From Vairimorpha necatrix (lineage: Eukaryota), in contig CP142734.1 of the NCBI GenBank assembly GCA_036630325.1, positions 1 through 64,000 on the forward strand: a DNA stretch of 64,000 nucleotides, given 5' to 3'. Shown here piece by piece: positions 12,208 through 24,979 of this stretch. The notes beneath the pieces are model-generated. The model did no database searches and was not told the origin of the DNA. It saw only the letters and a list, made by a program, of their open reading frames with translations. Made by a program: the position numbers and the translations under genes. Every line of letters starts with the position of its first letter. Position 1 is the first letter of the stretch.

Positions 12208-14180
12208 TTAGGTATTACCCGGGAGTTGGCCATTCCTCAGATAGCATTCTATAATGCTTCTCCCGGGTATTAAAGTTTTATTATAATGCAAGTTGTATTA
12301 TTAAATCTGCCTCCTTGGGCTTTATCTTTCCTCTTCTAAGGATGCATTGATTGATACTGCTTATTTCTAGACTCCTCTGTTCTTATTGACATATTTTGGT
12401 GGGGGTAAAAATAAAAAGAAAATATTTATAGAAAAATAAATTCTAAAAATTCATTTGGAGGGAAAATATAATAATGTGGCAAATAATACCACATACTACC
12501 TCCTGCAAAAAATCAGCAAATTAGAATACGGATTCCTCCGAAATCATCAAATAGTTCTTTTCGCCGTTTCTAAGAAATAGCTGGGTTGGATATTCTAAAC
12601 CTCGAATCAAGGTATGAGTTTAACTTATCACATTTGAGCTTCTCAGATTCGCCCTTTACTCCATATCTACATATGCTAAATTGCATCTGCTGCATTTTAT
12701 TTTTGAGGCAATGTTTTCTGAAAGTTCCAAGATTTTTTTTTTATTCTGATAACTATCATATTTAGATGTTGCCAAATCTTTTACCTGTTGATGGTTATCT
12801 TTAATTTTATCAGGAGGCTTGCTTCTTCCTTTGTTATTTATTTTAATATTTTTGAATATATATCATCTGATGGTATCGTATTCCCTGTCCTTTTCACAAA
12901 GTCAACTATATTAGTTAAGACTTTAGCTAGAAGATTGTCTATTTTTTATTCAAATTCCTTTTAATACAATTATCTATATTATTTATTCTTTCATTTATAC
13001 ATTTCTGTTTATTGATGATTTTATTTTCTTTTTGTTTCTGAATTAATAGGCAGTCGGTTTTTTTATTTTTTTATCCAATTCATCGTTAGGAATTTTTTTT
13101 ATCATTAACGATTTTCCTTCTTTTTTTATTTCTCTATCGTTGGCTTTTGGTTTTTGTAGACGACAATCTCGTGTATCATGTGATCTTGCTCGATGTATAG
13201 AGCACCACTTATCACTTTTAAAGTATCTTCCTGTTTCTTCAGGTCTTTCATAATTCTCTTTCTTAGATATAAATTGAGATAAAGTCTCCCTTCCAGTTTC
13301 ACCTGTAAAATAATCATTTCTTCCAGATCCTGTGAATATTTTAATAGCTCGTCCATTACCTTGTTTTTCATTCCTGATTTTAAAACTTCAATGGCAGTTG
13401 ATCTGCCTAATCCTTTTTCAAAAATCTGTTTCAATCTAACATCAGATTCCTTTTTCGATAGGTTTATAGATAGTCCGTATATTTTAATCATCGACTTTAT
13501 TTTCTCGAAGTAATCTGCTATACTTCTATAATTTACCTGTTTTACAGTTTCCATCTCTGTTAATAATAAAGCTACATCATTTTTTGGATATCTGAATTCT
13601 AGTAGTTCTTTTTTTTGTTTTTTAAAGCTTTTCTTATTTAGCTTATCTTTCACCTTAGAATCTTCAATCAAAGAATGGTAGATGAGTCCCATCTGCTCAT
13701 TTGTCCATTTATTGGCCGTTCCTAGCTCTTCAAACAGCTCGAGATGATTTATGGTGCAGTCACGTTTTACATTTTTCAATTTTTTCTTTAAACACTATTG
13801 TAGTTCCTTCTATGGTTTTATCAAATGTGGTATATGCTTCATCATCATTTTATTTCTCAGTATTATTACTTTTTTCTAATACTAATGAGCTCATTGAGGT
13901 ATTACCCGGGAGTTGGCCGTTCCTCAGATAGCATTCTATAATGCTTCTGACGGGTATTAAAGTTTTATTATAATTAAAGTTGTATTATTAAATCTGCCTC
14001 CTTGGGCTTTATCTTCCCTTTTCTGGGGATGCAGTGATTGATACTGCTGATTTCTAGACTCCTCTGTTCTTCTTGACATATTTTGGTGGGGGTAAAAATA
14101 AAAAGAAAATATTTATATAAAAATAAATTCTAGAAAATTCATTTGGAGGAAAATATAATAATGTGGTAAATAATACCACA
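12208..14180 (-). mobile_element. Internally deleted LTR retrotransposon with 286-bp LTRs
   Basis: Near-identical direct repeats at 12208-12493 and 13895-14180 (TGAGGTATTA...TAATACCACA; the left copy starts TTAGG), TSD AATTC on both sides, gag-like ORF inside, no recognisable pol. Confidence 0.93.
13126..13779 (-). pseudogene. Gag (capsid-like) ORF remnant
   Basis: Retrotransposon gag-like pattern (ANKWTNEQ..; VKQVNYRSIADYFEKIK; IFEKGLG), located between two LTRs. Confidence 0.75.
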
Positions 14181-14359
14181 AATTCATATTTAATATGGAA
14201 AAATATAGTTTATTCCAGAAAATAACATAATAAATACCATTGTTATAATATATATAAATAATCTTTATAAATATATAAAACATAATTATTATTATTATTC
14301 TAATAAAAATGAATTAATACGGGATATGCTAATGGTGTTTTATATTCTAGTATATTCTT

Positions 14360-14495
14360 AATAGGTTCCGCATTAGCATCTCCTGTTTGTAGGCAGCTTC
14401 ACGGCTCTTAGTCCTTTTTAAATCGGAACCTTCACACCTCTTTTGTAGTCTATTGGAATGCTTTAGTTTGTCTTCTGTTAATCATCTTGATGTAC
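14360..14495 (-). mobile_element. Short 3' remnant of a probable RLE non-LTR family
   Basis: ATAGGTTCCGCATTAGCATCTCCTGTTTGTAGG matches 26233-26263 and ~34838-34858, the latter lying at the end of an RLE-type ORF remnant. Confidence 0.5.
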
Positions 14496-14589
14496 GCTAT
14501 TAAATTCTTAGAGTATTTGATAGTTTAACCTATTTTTTATATTATATAACACAACAATATTACTATTAGATTATTTTTTTATTCAAATA

Positions 14590-15560
14590 TAAAATAAAAG
14601 ATTTATTGAGTTAATTTTCAATTATGTTTAGATATTCATAGCACAGCTTTCCCCGGTATCGCTCATGGGATTCAGCTCTTCACAGACTTTGGTTTCTGTG
14701 GAATTATTAATGTTTTCCAACTTCACTTTAGCAGCTTCATTCCCCTTTGCCGACACCACTTCTTTAACAGTCGCCATATTCGCTAGTGCGCTTACAGCTC
14801 TAGCCACTTCTTCTTCTCCTGCATCCTCCTGATCGTATCCTCGTCGTCGTTCCAAAGAGATGGACTCTAGAGTCTTCTTCATCACAATAGACTGGATATA
14901 TGCTTCCAGGTAGGGTTGGATTTCTAGCTCCCTGATGTACTTTCTGTGATATTTGGTCACCACTCCATCCCATGTCATTACATAAGGAACTATTCTTGTC
15001 CGGGATTTATGTATTAGTCCCAGTTCATTTGCAAGAAGGTCATATTTTCTTAGTTTTTCATTCTCAACTATAGTAAGTCGATCCTGGTTGGTTATACCAA
15101 CTTCAACTATTAAAATTTCTTTCTTCTTCTTGTCAAACACAAGAATATCAGGCTTATTATGGGTTACCTTTATATTAGTGGATATTCTCGTATCTACTCT
15201 TATTTCTGCACGATCATTTTCCATGATCTCTTGTACTGAGTGTCCACGTATTTTCTTTGTCTTCTTAAACCCATATTTAATACATAGTAAGAGATGAATG
15301 CATCTAACTACCTCGTTGTGTCTTTTCATATAATCAAAACCCAACATTCGATCACACTTGGTAGCTAAATGATCCACGGTCTTCCTATGAGATCCACAAT
15401 GGGGACATTGTCCCTCTTGTCCACAGAAGATGAGTGGGCACACTAGTGTGTTCTGGCCCCTGTTCTTTCTCTTCTGTGTCTACTTTGTCTATGTTTGCTA
15501 TAGAGGTTTGTTTTGTAATTTTTTCGGTTTCTTCCTCCTGCTCTGTCCTTACCCTCATTT
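14590..15560 (-). mobile_element. Non-LTR retrotransposon remnant with restriction-like endonuclease (R2/R4/NeSL-type), RT absent
   Basis: ORF 14628-15443: CPHC..TVDHLATKC (CCHC), RHNEVV, KPDILV..IVEVGIT..KLRKY (PD-(D/E)xK). The 3' UTR is shared with the copy at 23712. Confidence 0.92.
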
Positions 15561-15967
15561 TTTCAAATATATATATATATATCTTTTTATTATACTCTAT
15601 AAGTTATCTTATTTAAATTTTTAATATATCATTTTTGTTTAATCATAATATATTTAAAATATTTTTTTTAAATATTTTCCTTAAATGAAGATAATTTCAG
15701 ATCCCAAAATATATAAATTAAATATTACAAAAAGATTAGGTTCATTAAATATAATAGACAAGATTAATATGAACCTTACATCGATAAAAAATACTAGAAT
15801 TCTACAAGGCTTGATCTGATGATTTATCCTTCATTTAGTATTTATTGTAATATAATCCGTTGTTTTAATTATCTTAATAAAAAAAAATCAAAATTCATTA
15901 CCGACAACCAAATTACTACTCACCTTCTTTTACATGGCCAACATGTTTTTTCTAAATATATTTTTTT

Positions 15968-17113
15968 GGTACATGACCGTTTGGAACCCGCTTTGGGAAA
16001 ATGAACCCGCATTGAAAAATTAAAGGACCCCCCCCTTTCAAAAAATGGCAAGATTGACAAAAACAAATTTTGTTATAGAAGATGAGCTTTTAAGTGATGA
16101 AATGTTTTTAAACATGGAAATAAATGAAAATTTTATTTTGGAAACATTTTATGATGCTGAGACAGCGTGTATGTTTCTGGCACGCAGTTCATTAATACAA
16201 AACAACTTTTTTTGTACTGTATGCAGCTCTGAAAGGCCAATGAAATTGATTAGAAGAATAAGATTATTAGACAAATATGTTTGGAATTCACGAAACCTTG
16301 TACTACTTCTAAATCTGTCAGAAAAGACTCTATTTTTGAAAATACCAAATTAAGTTTTTATAAAATTATAAGAATGATATATAAGTATATCAAAAGAGTT
16401 TCCTTTCTCGATATAGCAAATGATCTTGAGCTAGACAGAAAAACCGTAAGTACATATGGTATGCTCTGCAGAGATCGCATAATCGAGGAAGTGACCAATA
16501 ATAGCCAGAGGTTAGGAGGTCGTGATGAGTTAGGCATTCCTAAAGTAGTGGAGATCGACGAGAGTCTATTCTTTCGTGCCAAATATAATCGTGGCAATCA
16601 TACCACAGGTCAGTGGTATGTAGGAGGAGTTGAAAGAGGTTCTAGAAAGGCCTTTCTCGTCCCTGTAGCTAGTAGAAATATTGCTACGCTTCTTAAGTTA
16701 ATACAAGATAATGTATTGCCTGGTTATATTGTGATCACTGATCAATGGAGAGCATATGGTGCTGCATTTAGACAAATCACAGGGATGGAGCATAGGACTG
16801 TCAATCACTCTATCAATTTTGTAAATCCTAACGATCCCGAGACACTTACTCAACAAATTGAAGGATTTTGGTCTCTTTCGAAGAGAGATATTCGGTCTAT
16901 ACATGGAATAAACCAGGACGAGCACTATGAGTATCTTTTACAGTTTCTATGGTCTTATCAAATAGCAAAAAACCAAAGAATTAATCGACTTCTTTCATTA
17001 TTCAAAATAAATCGTTAAGTCTCTTTTTTTATAATTTTTTTTATTTTTCCCTTTTTTTGAATTTTTCAATGCGGGTTCATTTTCCCAAAGCGGGTGACAA
17101 ACGGTCATGTACC
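15968..17113 (+). mobile_element. Full-length Merlin (IS1016-like) DNA transposon
   Basis: ~55-bp TIRs GGTACATGACCGTTTG..ACCCGCTTTGGGAAAATGAACCCGCATTGAAAAATT, 8-bp TSD ATTTTTTT, DDE transposase. Confidence 0.96.
16045..17018 (+). CDS. Merlin DDE transposase split by one frameshift near 16285
   Basis: N-terminal CTVC zinc motif (16045-16353) joins a frame with VVEIDES..KYNRG, GGVERGS, ITDQWRAY, VNHSINFV, TQQIEGFWS. A C-run precedes the ATG. Confidence 0.9.
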
Positions 17114-17141
17114 ATTTTTTTATACTAAATCTAGATTTTTA

Positions 17142-17180
<39 letters not shown>

Positions 17181-19479
17181 ATCATTCTTATTTATTTATA
17201 AAAATTTTTATCATATATTCGTTTTTATGATATTTTTATTTATTACACTCATTAAAATTATTCATTATAATAGAATGACAGTCTTTAATTTGGTATTTAT
17301 ATAATGTTCTAATCATTTATAACTTTACATTTGAAATATTTTGTTCTACTGATTCATCTTAATTATAACTGTAAACAGTTTATATGATAATTTGCTATCT
17401 ATTTATTACTAATATATTATCTAAAGTTGAATGTTAACTAATAAAGACTTTCAAAGCTAATTTTAAACTTTGTCTGAATCAGTGTCAATATATACTTTAT
17501 ATGACAGATATGTAATTGCAATCAATTACCGTATGCCCAAACTTTCAAATTTTATTATATGCTAAATTTCTTATCTGATAAATTTCGCTTTTCGATTGTT
17601 TTAAAATTTTCGTAAATGTTAATGATCCTTCATAAAATAATATTTCTAGACATTCTCTTCTTTTCTCATAAAATTACACTCTTCCTAATTTTTATTTTTT
17701 TTCCATGTAAGATAAGAGAGAACCATTACATAGAATTTTGTTAACAATGAATTTGTTCTCATACGTTTAGTGTAGGAAGTTTATTCATAAATACCAATTT
17801 GAATTCTCAAAAAAAACTACAGAAAGTACATATTGTGTAATTTTTTCGTTTCAGAACATATGTTTTTGTCTATCTTTATATTACATCGTCAAGATTCACT
17901 GCTAATGAGAAACAAAGCTTTAATTAAATTCTAAATTGCAAAATAATGTACATAATTAACTTACACAAATGTCACTTATCATTACATAAATCTTTTACTC
18001 GACATTTAACATTACTAAAATTTGATCCTGCTTTCTACGGACTTCTTTGACTACCAGTTATTCGAATTTTGAAAAATGGGGATATATAATCGTATAAAAG
18101 AAAAAAAGATGATCCTAGATAAATTCTTTAGACGTTAATTCGATATTAACAAAATTCATTAAACACTGCATCAGTAATGTTTTTTTTTAAACCTGGCCTC
18201 TTTTTGAAAACACGGTCGATGTATCCATCAATTTTATTTCTAGTTGTAAGTGAAGTTGTTCATTAATAGTAAAGTTCTATTTTTTCATTTTTTAAAGCTC
18301 ATTTTTACATAAAATTTTTTAATGATTTCCAAAATACACTTCGTCGTTTAAGGATCAAAAAAATTTTCAAAAAAAGTAAATCTTAATAGTCATTATGGAA
18401 AAGGCTTGGTTACAATGTTTTTTTCTAGTGACGTTAATCTTAAAGATAAAGGACTGGATATTCATTTTATATCTCATAAGTATTTTCAAAATGTTCTAAA
18501 TATTCAGTGTCTACCACAAAAATATAACATTTAAAAATAGTTATTAAAAGCTACTTTATACAATATTACTTATTATTTTTTATACAATAATCAACTCTAA
18601 TTTATATATAGAACATTAGTTTTCAGTTATTTTATACTCTATATGTAAATTTTTCTTATATTACACTATTGATTATAAAATTGTATTAAAAACGGTTTGT
18701 TATTTTGTTTTAAACTTAATATTTTTTTTATCCACTCTATATATATTGCTGATGCAAGTTTTATATTCATATTTATTAACTTAAAAATTTCTACATACAT
18801 AGTTTTATGTCTAAAATGCAAGTTGTCTTGATTTTTAAAGAGTGTATTAGATTCACATCATTTTAACGCTTGTATTATCTTTTTAATATAGGTACGTTTC
18901 TTGTCATTTAAAAATAATAATTGAAAAATATAAATATTTCAAATTATTATATTTTATATAATTTATTTTTTGAGTAAGAATTTATCTTATTTTTGATTTT
19001 ACACAGATACATTGAATCATGTTGCTTGACAAAATATTCTTAATTTATAACAAGTTGATTATATTAATTCGACATGAATTGTACGTATTAAGCGTATTTC
19101 ATCTTTGTTTTATAAGGTAATTTTCATATTAATTTCTTGTCTAAATTTTATCAACAACTGATATTTTAAAAAAAAAACAATACATCTCTATTAAGGAAAC
19201 AGTACTAAATTACAATCTAAAAATTCATAAAGATTATCAAATGTGTAACCTTATGTTTTGTTATACGATAGAGGATTTGGTTCGGATTTACGGAACAAAC
19301 AAATAATAATGACAGTATTTCTATTTTAATAATGATATATATGATCCTTGTCCTTTATACGAGGAATGAAAGCTATTGATTCATCTAAAATAAATATTGA
19401 ACTGTTTTTTAAAGAAATTGTTTGTTTAATTTTGTAAATATTAATTTCTCGCATATATATATTTTCGTTTTTAATATTA

Positions 19480-20000
19480 TAAATGGCTTGAACATAACAT
19501 CAAAATTTTTATTGTAAGAAATGACATTTCGATAATCTTTCATCTAGGGATTTGTTTTTCTGCCAAATTAAAATTGTGTACGGAATTTGGTTTTAGAAAT
19601 TAGAAATAAGGATGAAACGAGTTAATTTGTTTCATGCATACTTTATTTTTTGTCTAATTATTTTTAAAGTAACTTATAATGTGAATATAATGTCCTTTTA
19701 CTTTTTTTTATAGAACATAAATAAAATATGTGCATTTTTTATAAAAATTTAATTTGCAACCAAATCAATCCCAGAAAGGTTCAGTCAAAATTTATGTCTG
19801 CAATTATTTAATCCATGGTATAATTTCTAATGTGAACAATAAATTTGATTTAGTGTACAGTTTTATAACTATTGTTAGATATGTAATCTTTTTATTTGTT
19901 TTCTTTTCTATTTATATATCGTTCTCTTCTCTATTTGAATTGTCTATGATTTAGATAGTCTAATTATATGAAAACAAAAAGTATATCTATTAGGGGTGTA
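19480..20000 (-). pseudogene. Decayed dispersed repeat or gene relic, paralogous to ~42170-42690
   Basis: Colinear shared blocks TAAATGGCTT, CGATAATCTTTC..CTAG, TTTTATAAAAATTTAATTT, ATGATTTAG, CTATT..GG. Confidence 0.5.
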
Positions 20001-21759
20001 ATTCAAAAATATATCAATTTAATTATTTTTTAGAAATGTTATATTTAAATGATCATTCACCCCATATTTGAAAAATATTTTCATCTCTGGAATATTCAAA
20101 AAATATAGTATCATAAAATATAAATTTTTCATTGTTAAGATTATATAATTTAAAAAAAAATGTTAACGTAATGAAATCTAAACATATCAAATATGAATTT
20201 GCAGATTTCTTTTATTTTATTGTATGTATGGCGTAAAAAAATATTTTTTCTTGTAATTAAAATCAAAAAATAATAATAATCTCGTTATTCCCAATGTATA
20301 TTTCTTTTATTTTTCAACTTTTGTTCATTTTACCCTTTAATAAAAATATTATTTCTCTTATATCATTTATTGTAGGTCAAAATCTCTATAATCAGTCTAC
20401 AGAATATTAATAATAGTACATTTACACTGACATTATATTTTAAAATATATAAGATACGTAAAATTTTTTTTTAATTTGTCTTTTATTTAATTTTTGGGGG
20501 TTTGGGCTATCTGTCTTGCCAAAAAGAACAATAGTTTGAATGTTTACAATACTTAATTTTCATCGATTGGGTTCTTTAATATAATTTGTTTATTCTTTTT
20601 ACATACGGAATATTTTTTTTTTATTAATTTGTCGAAATTATCATAACTCAGAAACTCAAAATTATCTTATGTTATATTATTAAAATACGTTTTTGTTCAT
20701 TATGTCAAGTCTGTACGAATAAAATATATGATGTAATTGATTCTGGGGTATTTCATTCTTTTATACATAGATACATCTGAATGTTGCAATAAATATGCTC
20801 TTATTAATACGATTTTTATTTCTTAGTATATTTATGTATATTTATATTAAGCACTTGCCATGTTTATTATATCTACACATATCTTAGTGTAAATTTATAA
20901 ATTTTGTTGGCATTTTGAATTTCTAGTATTATATAATTTTTATTTTATTTTATATATAGATTTCATGGTTGATTTACGCCCTAAAGAGGGAATATTGTTG
21001 TTTTCTTTAATGTTCTAATTTTTTCTGTGCTTTTCGATCCTTAATAAGTAATCTTTCCTAGTCTTTCCCCAAAAGTGTCTTATTTAAGTAAAATGCTAAT
21101 GAATAATTGGAGATATTTAAAACACAAGAAACATTTGTTATATAAATCTTTATATGTCAACATTACAGATATATACCTGCTCATTTTGCCATCTAAAGTC
21201 AATCATTTCTTTTGTCTATCGATGTGCCAGTCAATAATAGCTAATCCTCAGGGCAGGCCACGTCTCAGTGTGCAAATAATTTATCACACATAGATTATTC
21301 AATTATGTAGTATTAATTGGAATCTGTTCGAAATAAAAATTTCTTAAATCATCTAGTTCGGTTGTTAAGATAAATAGCTCCAAAACAATGTATTTAACAG
21401 TGTTTGTTGAAAAAATGATTAAACTAATTTTTAATGTTTCTCTAGTATGTATACTAACTTTACTTTGTTTGCAAGCTATAGATAGAATTAGAATTTTTTA
21501 ATCGCAAAGAATATTAAGTCTACTTTTGAAGTTTGGTACTTACAATACTGTTTATTCCGAATTTTAATATCAGATTATTTTTGTCTTGTCAATATTATTA
21601 TCTCTTCTTAAATATATATATACATATACAAGTGCATCTCTTCTTAATAATTAGTTGATCGTTTAAAATGTCAAGAATAGTTACTTTTAAACATTCATGA
21701 TATAGCTGAGTTCTTTTGTAATGAATTATTTTGGGGTGATTATTTTCATCAATTAATTA

Positions 21760-22170
21760 TCATGATTTTCTTCTCTTTCTTTTTACATTTGTATATATAT
21801 TGTCAAGTTTGGAAAATCTAAAATTTAAATCTCTTAAATTAGAAATTATTGCATTTTAGACTAATTATTTTTTCATGATTTTCTTTTCAGTCTTATTGTA
21901 TATATATATGTATATAGAATTTTCCTCATTTAAAAAATGAAACTTTCAAAACTCTAAAATTAGAATTATTGCATTTTAGACAAAATTTTTTTATGATTTT
22001 TATCAACTTCTTATTTTTTATAAATGTGTATAAATTCTTTTCATCAATGAAAAAAACAAATCAAAATTATGTCATTTTAGATAATTTTTTTTTTATGATT
22101 TTATTCTTATTCTTGGTGTTTGAATATATATACTTGTCATCTTTGAATAATTAAAAATTTAAAAGTTCAA
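21760..22170. repeat. Degenerate ~110-125-bp tandem repeat, about 3.5 copies
   Basis: Recurring ATTATTGCATTTTAGAC..TTTTTT.ATGATTTT units at ~21846, ~21965 and ~22067. Confidence 0.7.
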
Positions 22171-22889
22171 AAAACATAATTTTGACTTATAGCCTTTATT
22201 TAATTTAAAATTTCGTATTCTCGGCGAGTAGAAGACAAGATGAAATCTTATACATGAACTCAAAAAAAATTAAGTTAACAATCCAATTGATATAGGGTAT
22301 TTCTACTCACTTAACTATTACCGAATACTTGCGCTTCACTATCTCCGACGCAACCATTTTTTTTTAATTAAGAATATTTTTATATACAAGCCTCTAATCG
22401 CATCATTAAATCAATAAATATATTAAAATAAAGGTTTTAAAACCTCTGTATAGATTTATCAGATTAAAATAATGTCTATATAAAAATAAAACATCTAGAA
22501 TTCAGATGGCCCTTTCTCTTACACAGAACACTAAAAGCAAACTTATTAAACTTCTTTGTCTTTAATAAAATAATTGAACAGATCTCCATCTTATACTATA
22601 TCTTGTTTGTATAATAATCAACTTCATAAATTTCTACATCAAGAGGGCCATAATCAGCTTTTAGATCCCTATAGAATATACAGCCATGGTATTTTGAAAC
22701 ACAGAAAAACAAATTATATGTAATAAGAATTTAAAGTGTGAATATATTTCAGAAATTACTAATCAATTCATTTCAAGAATTATTTTCATAATATTTGTTT
22801 AGTCTATCAATTTTGAAATATTATATTTAGAGACGTCTGTATGCCCAACAGCATCTATTTCTACACAGTGAATATAAATTTTAATTTTA

Positions 22890-22959
22890 TTGCCATTGGG
22901 AATCGAACCTTGGACCTTCAATATCCCAAATCAAGGTGCAACCATTCTGCCAAGCACAC
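22890..22959 (-). pseudogene. tRNA-like sequence (pseudogene or SINE head), possibly Pro(TGG)-derived
   Basis: Minus strand has A box TGGCAGAATGG and B box GGTTCGATTCC at tRNA spacing, with TTTGGGA centrally. Stems pair poorly. Confidence 0.5.
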
Positions 22960-23711
22960 GTATTTTAATTTTGGTTATCGTTTAAGAAAACCAATTATAT
23001 TTTTAACTTCCTTTAATTTTAGTTTTCTTTCTATGCACAAAGAAACATTTCATATTAGTCATATTGAAAGATCATTAAATCGAATGAAACAAATAATAGA
23101 ACAATTTACAATATTAGTTCTATGCTTTCTTTTGGAAAATAAATTATATAAGATTTTCTTTGATCCAAATATACATTTCTATATATATATACATGTTATA
23201 CTAAAAAATAGTAAACATTTTACACTGCAAAAACAAGTATATGTCCTATATTATATACAAAATACTTTCATATGTGACCGCACAATTTAAGATTTCTTGG
23301 CTTCTTATTTCAATTTCTCTATTATATCTGGCAATTTTGTTATTCTTATTTTCCATACCCTCTAAAGTAAATTTTTTTAAATAATTTTTTCAACAAGTTA
23401 AAACTGTCATTTGTAAGAATATGATTAATATATATTTGATCTGCTACAACTATATATGAACTACATTCTTTTAATAATTTCGAATACAAAATTATAAAAA
23501 CATATTTATGTGATTTAACTAATATTCTTTATTGAGATTTTGTTTTTCTTAGATACTGTGATGTACATTACTACAACACATGGACAGATGTCAAAAATAT
23601 GTCAACCGTTTTGAAAGGCATGTCAAGTTGGGTCACACAATCAAACGAAAGTTCCATGGTCGTTACTACATTCGTAAGTACGCCAATGTTTGTGTTTAGT
23701 GTTGACAACAT

Positions 23712-24040
23712 ATAAAAGATTTATTGAGTTAATTTATCATTAAAGTTAGATTAGCACAGTTTACTTTGGTATCGCTCACTAGATTCGGCTCTTCATAGAC
23801 TTTGGTTTCTGTGGAATTATTTATGTTTTTCAACTCCAAATTTTTAGCTTCATTCTCCTATACCGACATCACTTGTTCAACATTCTTCATATATGCAATT
23901 GCGCTTAAAGCTCTAGTTACTTCTTTCTCTCCTGCATAATCTTTATCGTATCTTGTTCGTCGTTCCAAAGAGATGGACTCTGGAGTTTTCTTCATCACAT
24001 TAGACTGAATGTATGCTTCCAGAAATGTTTAGATTTCTGC
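23712..24040 (-). mobile_element. 5'-truncated decayed copy of the RLE non-LTR element at 14590
   Basis: Colinear with 14596-14930 (TAAAAGATTTATTGAGTTAATTT; AGACTTTGGTTTCTGTGGAATTATT; CGTCGTTCCAAAGAGATGGACTCT). Confidence 0.9.
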
Positions 24041-24639
24041 AGAATGCAAATAAGATTTTAAAATATTAATATATATTTACACAATAATTATATAGTTTAG
24101 AAATAATGAATTCCTAAACTTTTAAAATTTTACAACTGTAACTATTATTTTGGAAAAAATATTTTAGTTTGACATTACGATTGATTTTTAGTAAAAATTT
24201 AATTAAATTTTGAATTTCTTCAAAAATGCCAGAGAATTTAAAAAATTTAAAGGCCGTATTTTATTTAAAAAATACCATCTGATCATCTTTTTAATTGAGT
24301 TGTTACTCTATAGACAAAGAAAAATTAATAATAAATTTCAAATAAAGATCATTGAATAAAGAGTAATTAACATATTTGTTTAGTTTTTGATTGTATATTT
24401 TTTAATTAATTTATAAAGTAAAATTTGTTTTGTTTTTGCTATTAAATCCTTTAAATTCAAAATCTACGCTCTTTTAAATTTTTGTTTATTTTAAATTTCC
24501 CTCCTAAAATATTAAATAAAATTTTTTTGTTTATGGGCAATGAGAAATCAAAGATTGGATTGGTGCAATAAAGAGATAAGACAAGTTTGGAATGACAATG
24601 AAGTTTTGTGAAATTAATACTACTATAAATAGAGTATTA

Positions 24640-24979
24640 TACAATATCACATCACAAGACAGTCAATTTTTTTTCTGATAGTGTAATAATCTCTATAGTT
24701 TATGCTCATGATCTTCTATCAACAAATGATTTTTATACAAATTATATACTTCAGAAATTTGAGTCCCGTTAGTTATACCAACTTCAATGGACAAGACCTT
24801 ATAGCGCTTGCGCATCCCACGTGTCGCGAGAAGTTGAAAAGTTGGAATACAGATGTATACTCAAATTTCCGAAGTATTAAATTGTATAAAAATCATTAGC
24901 TGATAAATAAGATCATGAGCATAAAGTAAAAAAAAATTACATTAACAGTGAAAAAATACGGGCTGTCACAAGAATTGTA
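24640..24979. mobile_element. Foldback element or MITE (long imperfect palindrome)
   Basis: Paired arms TTTATGCTCATGATCTT/AAGATCATGAGCATAAA, ATGATTTTTATACAA/TTGTATAAAAATCAT, ATACTTC.GAAATTTGAGT/ACTCAAATTTC.GAAGTAT, CCAACTT/AAGTTGG. Confidence 0.8.
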
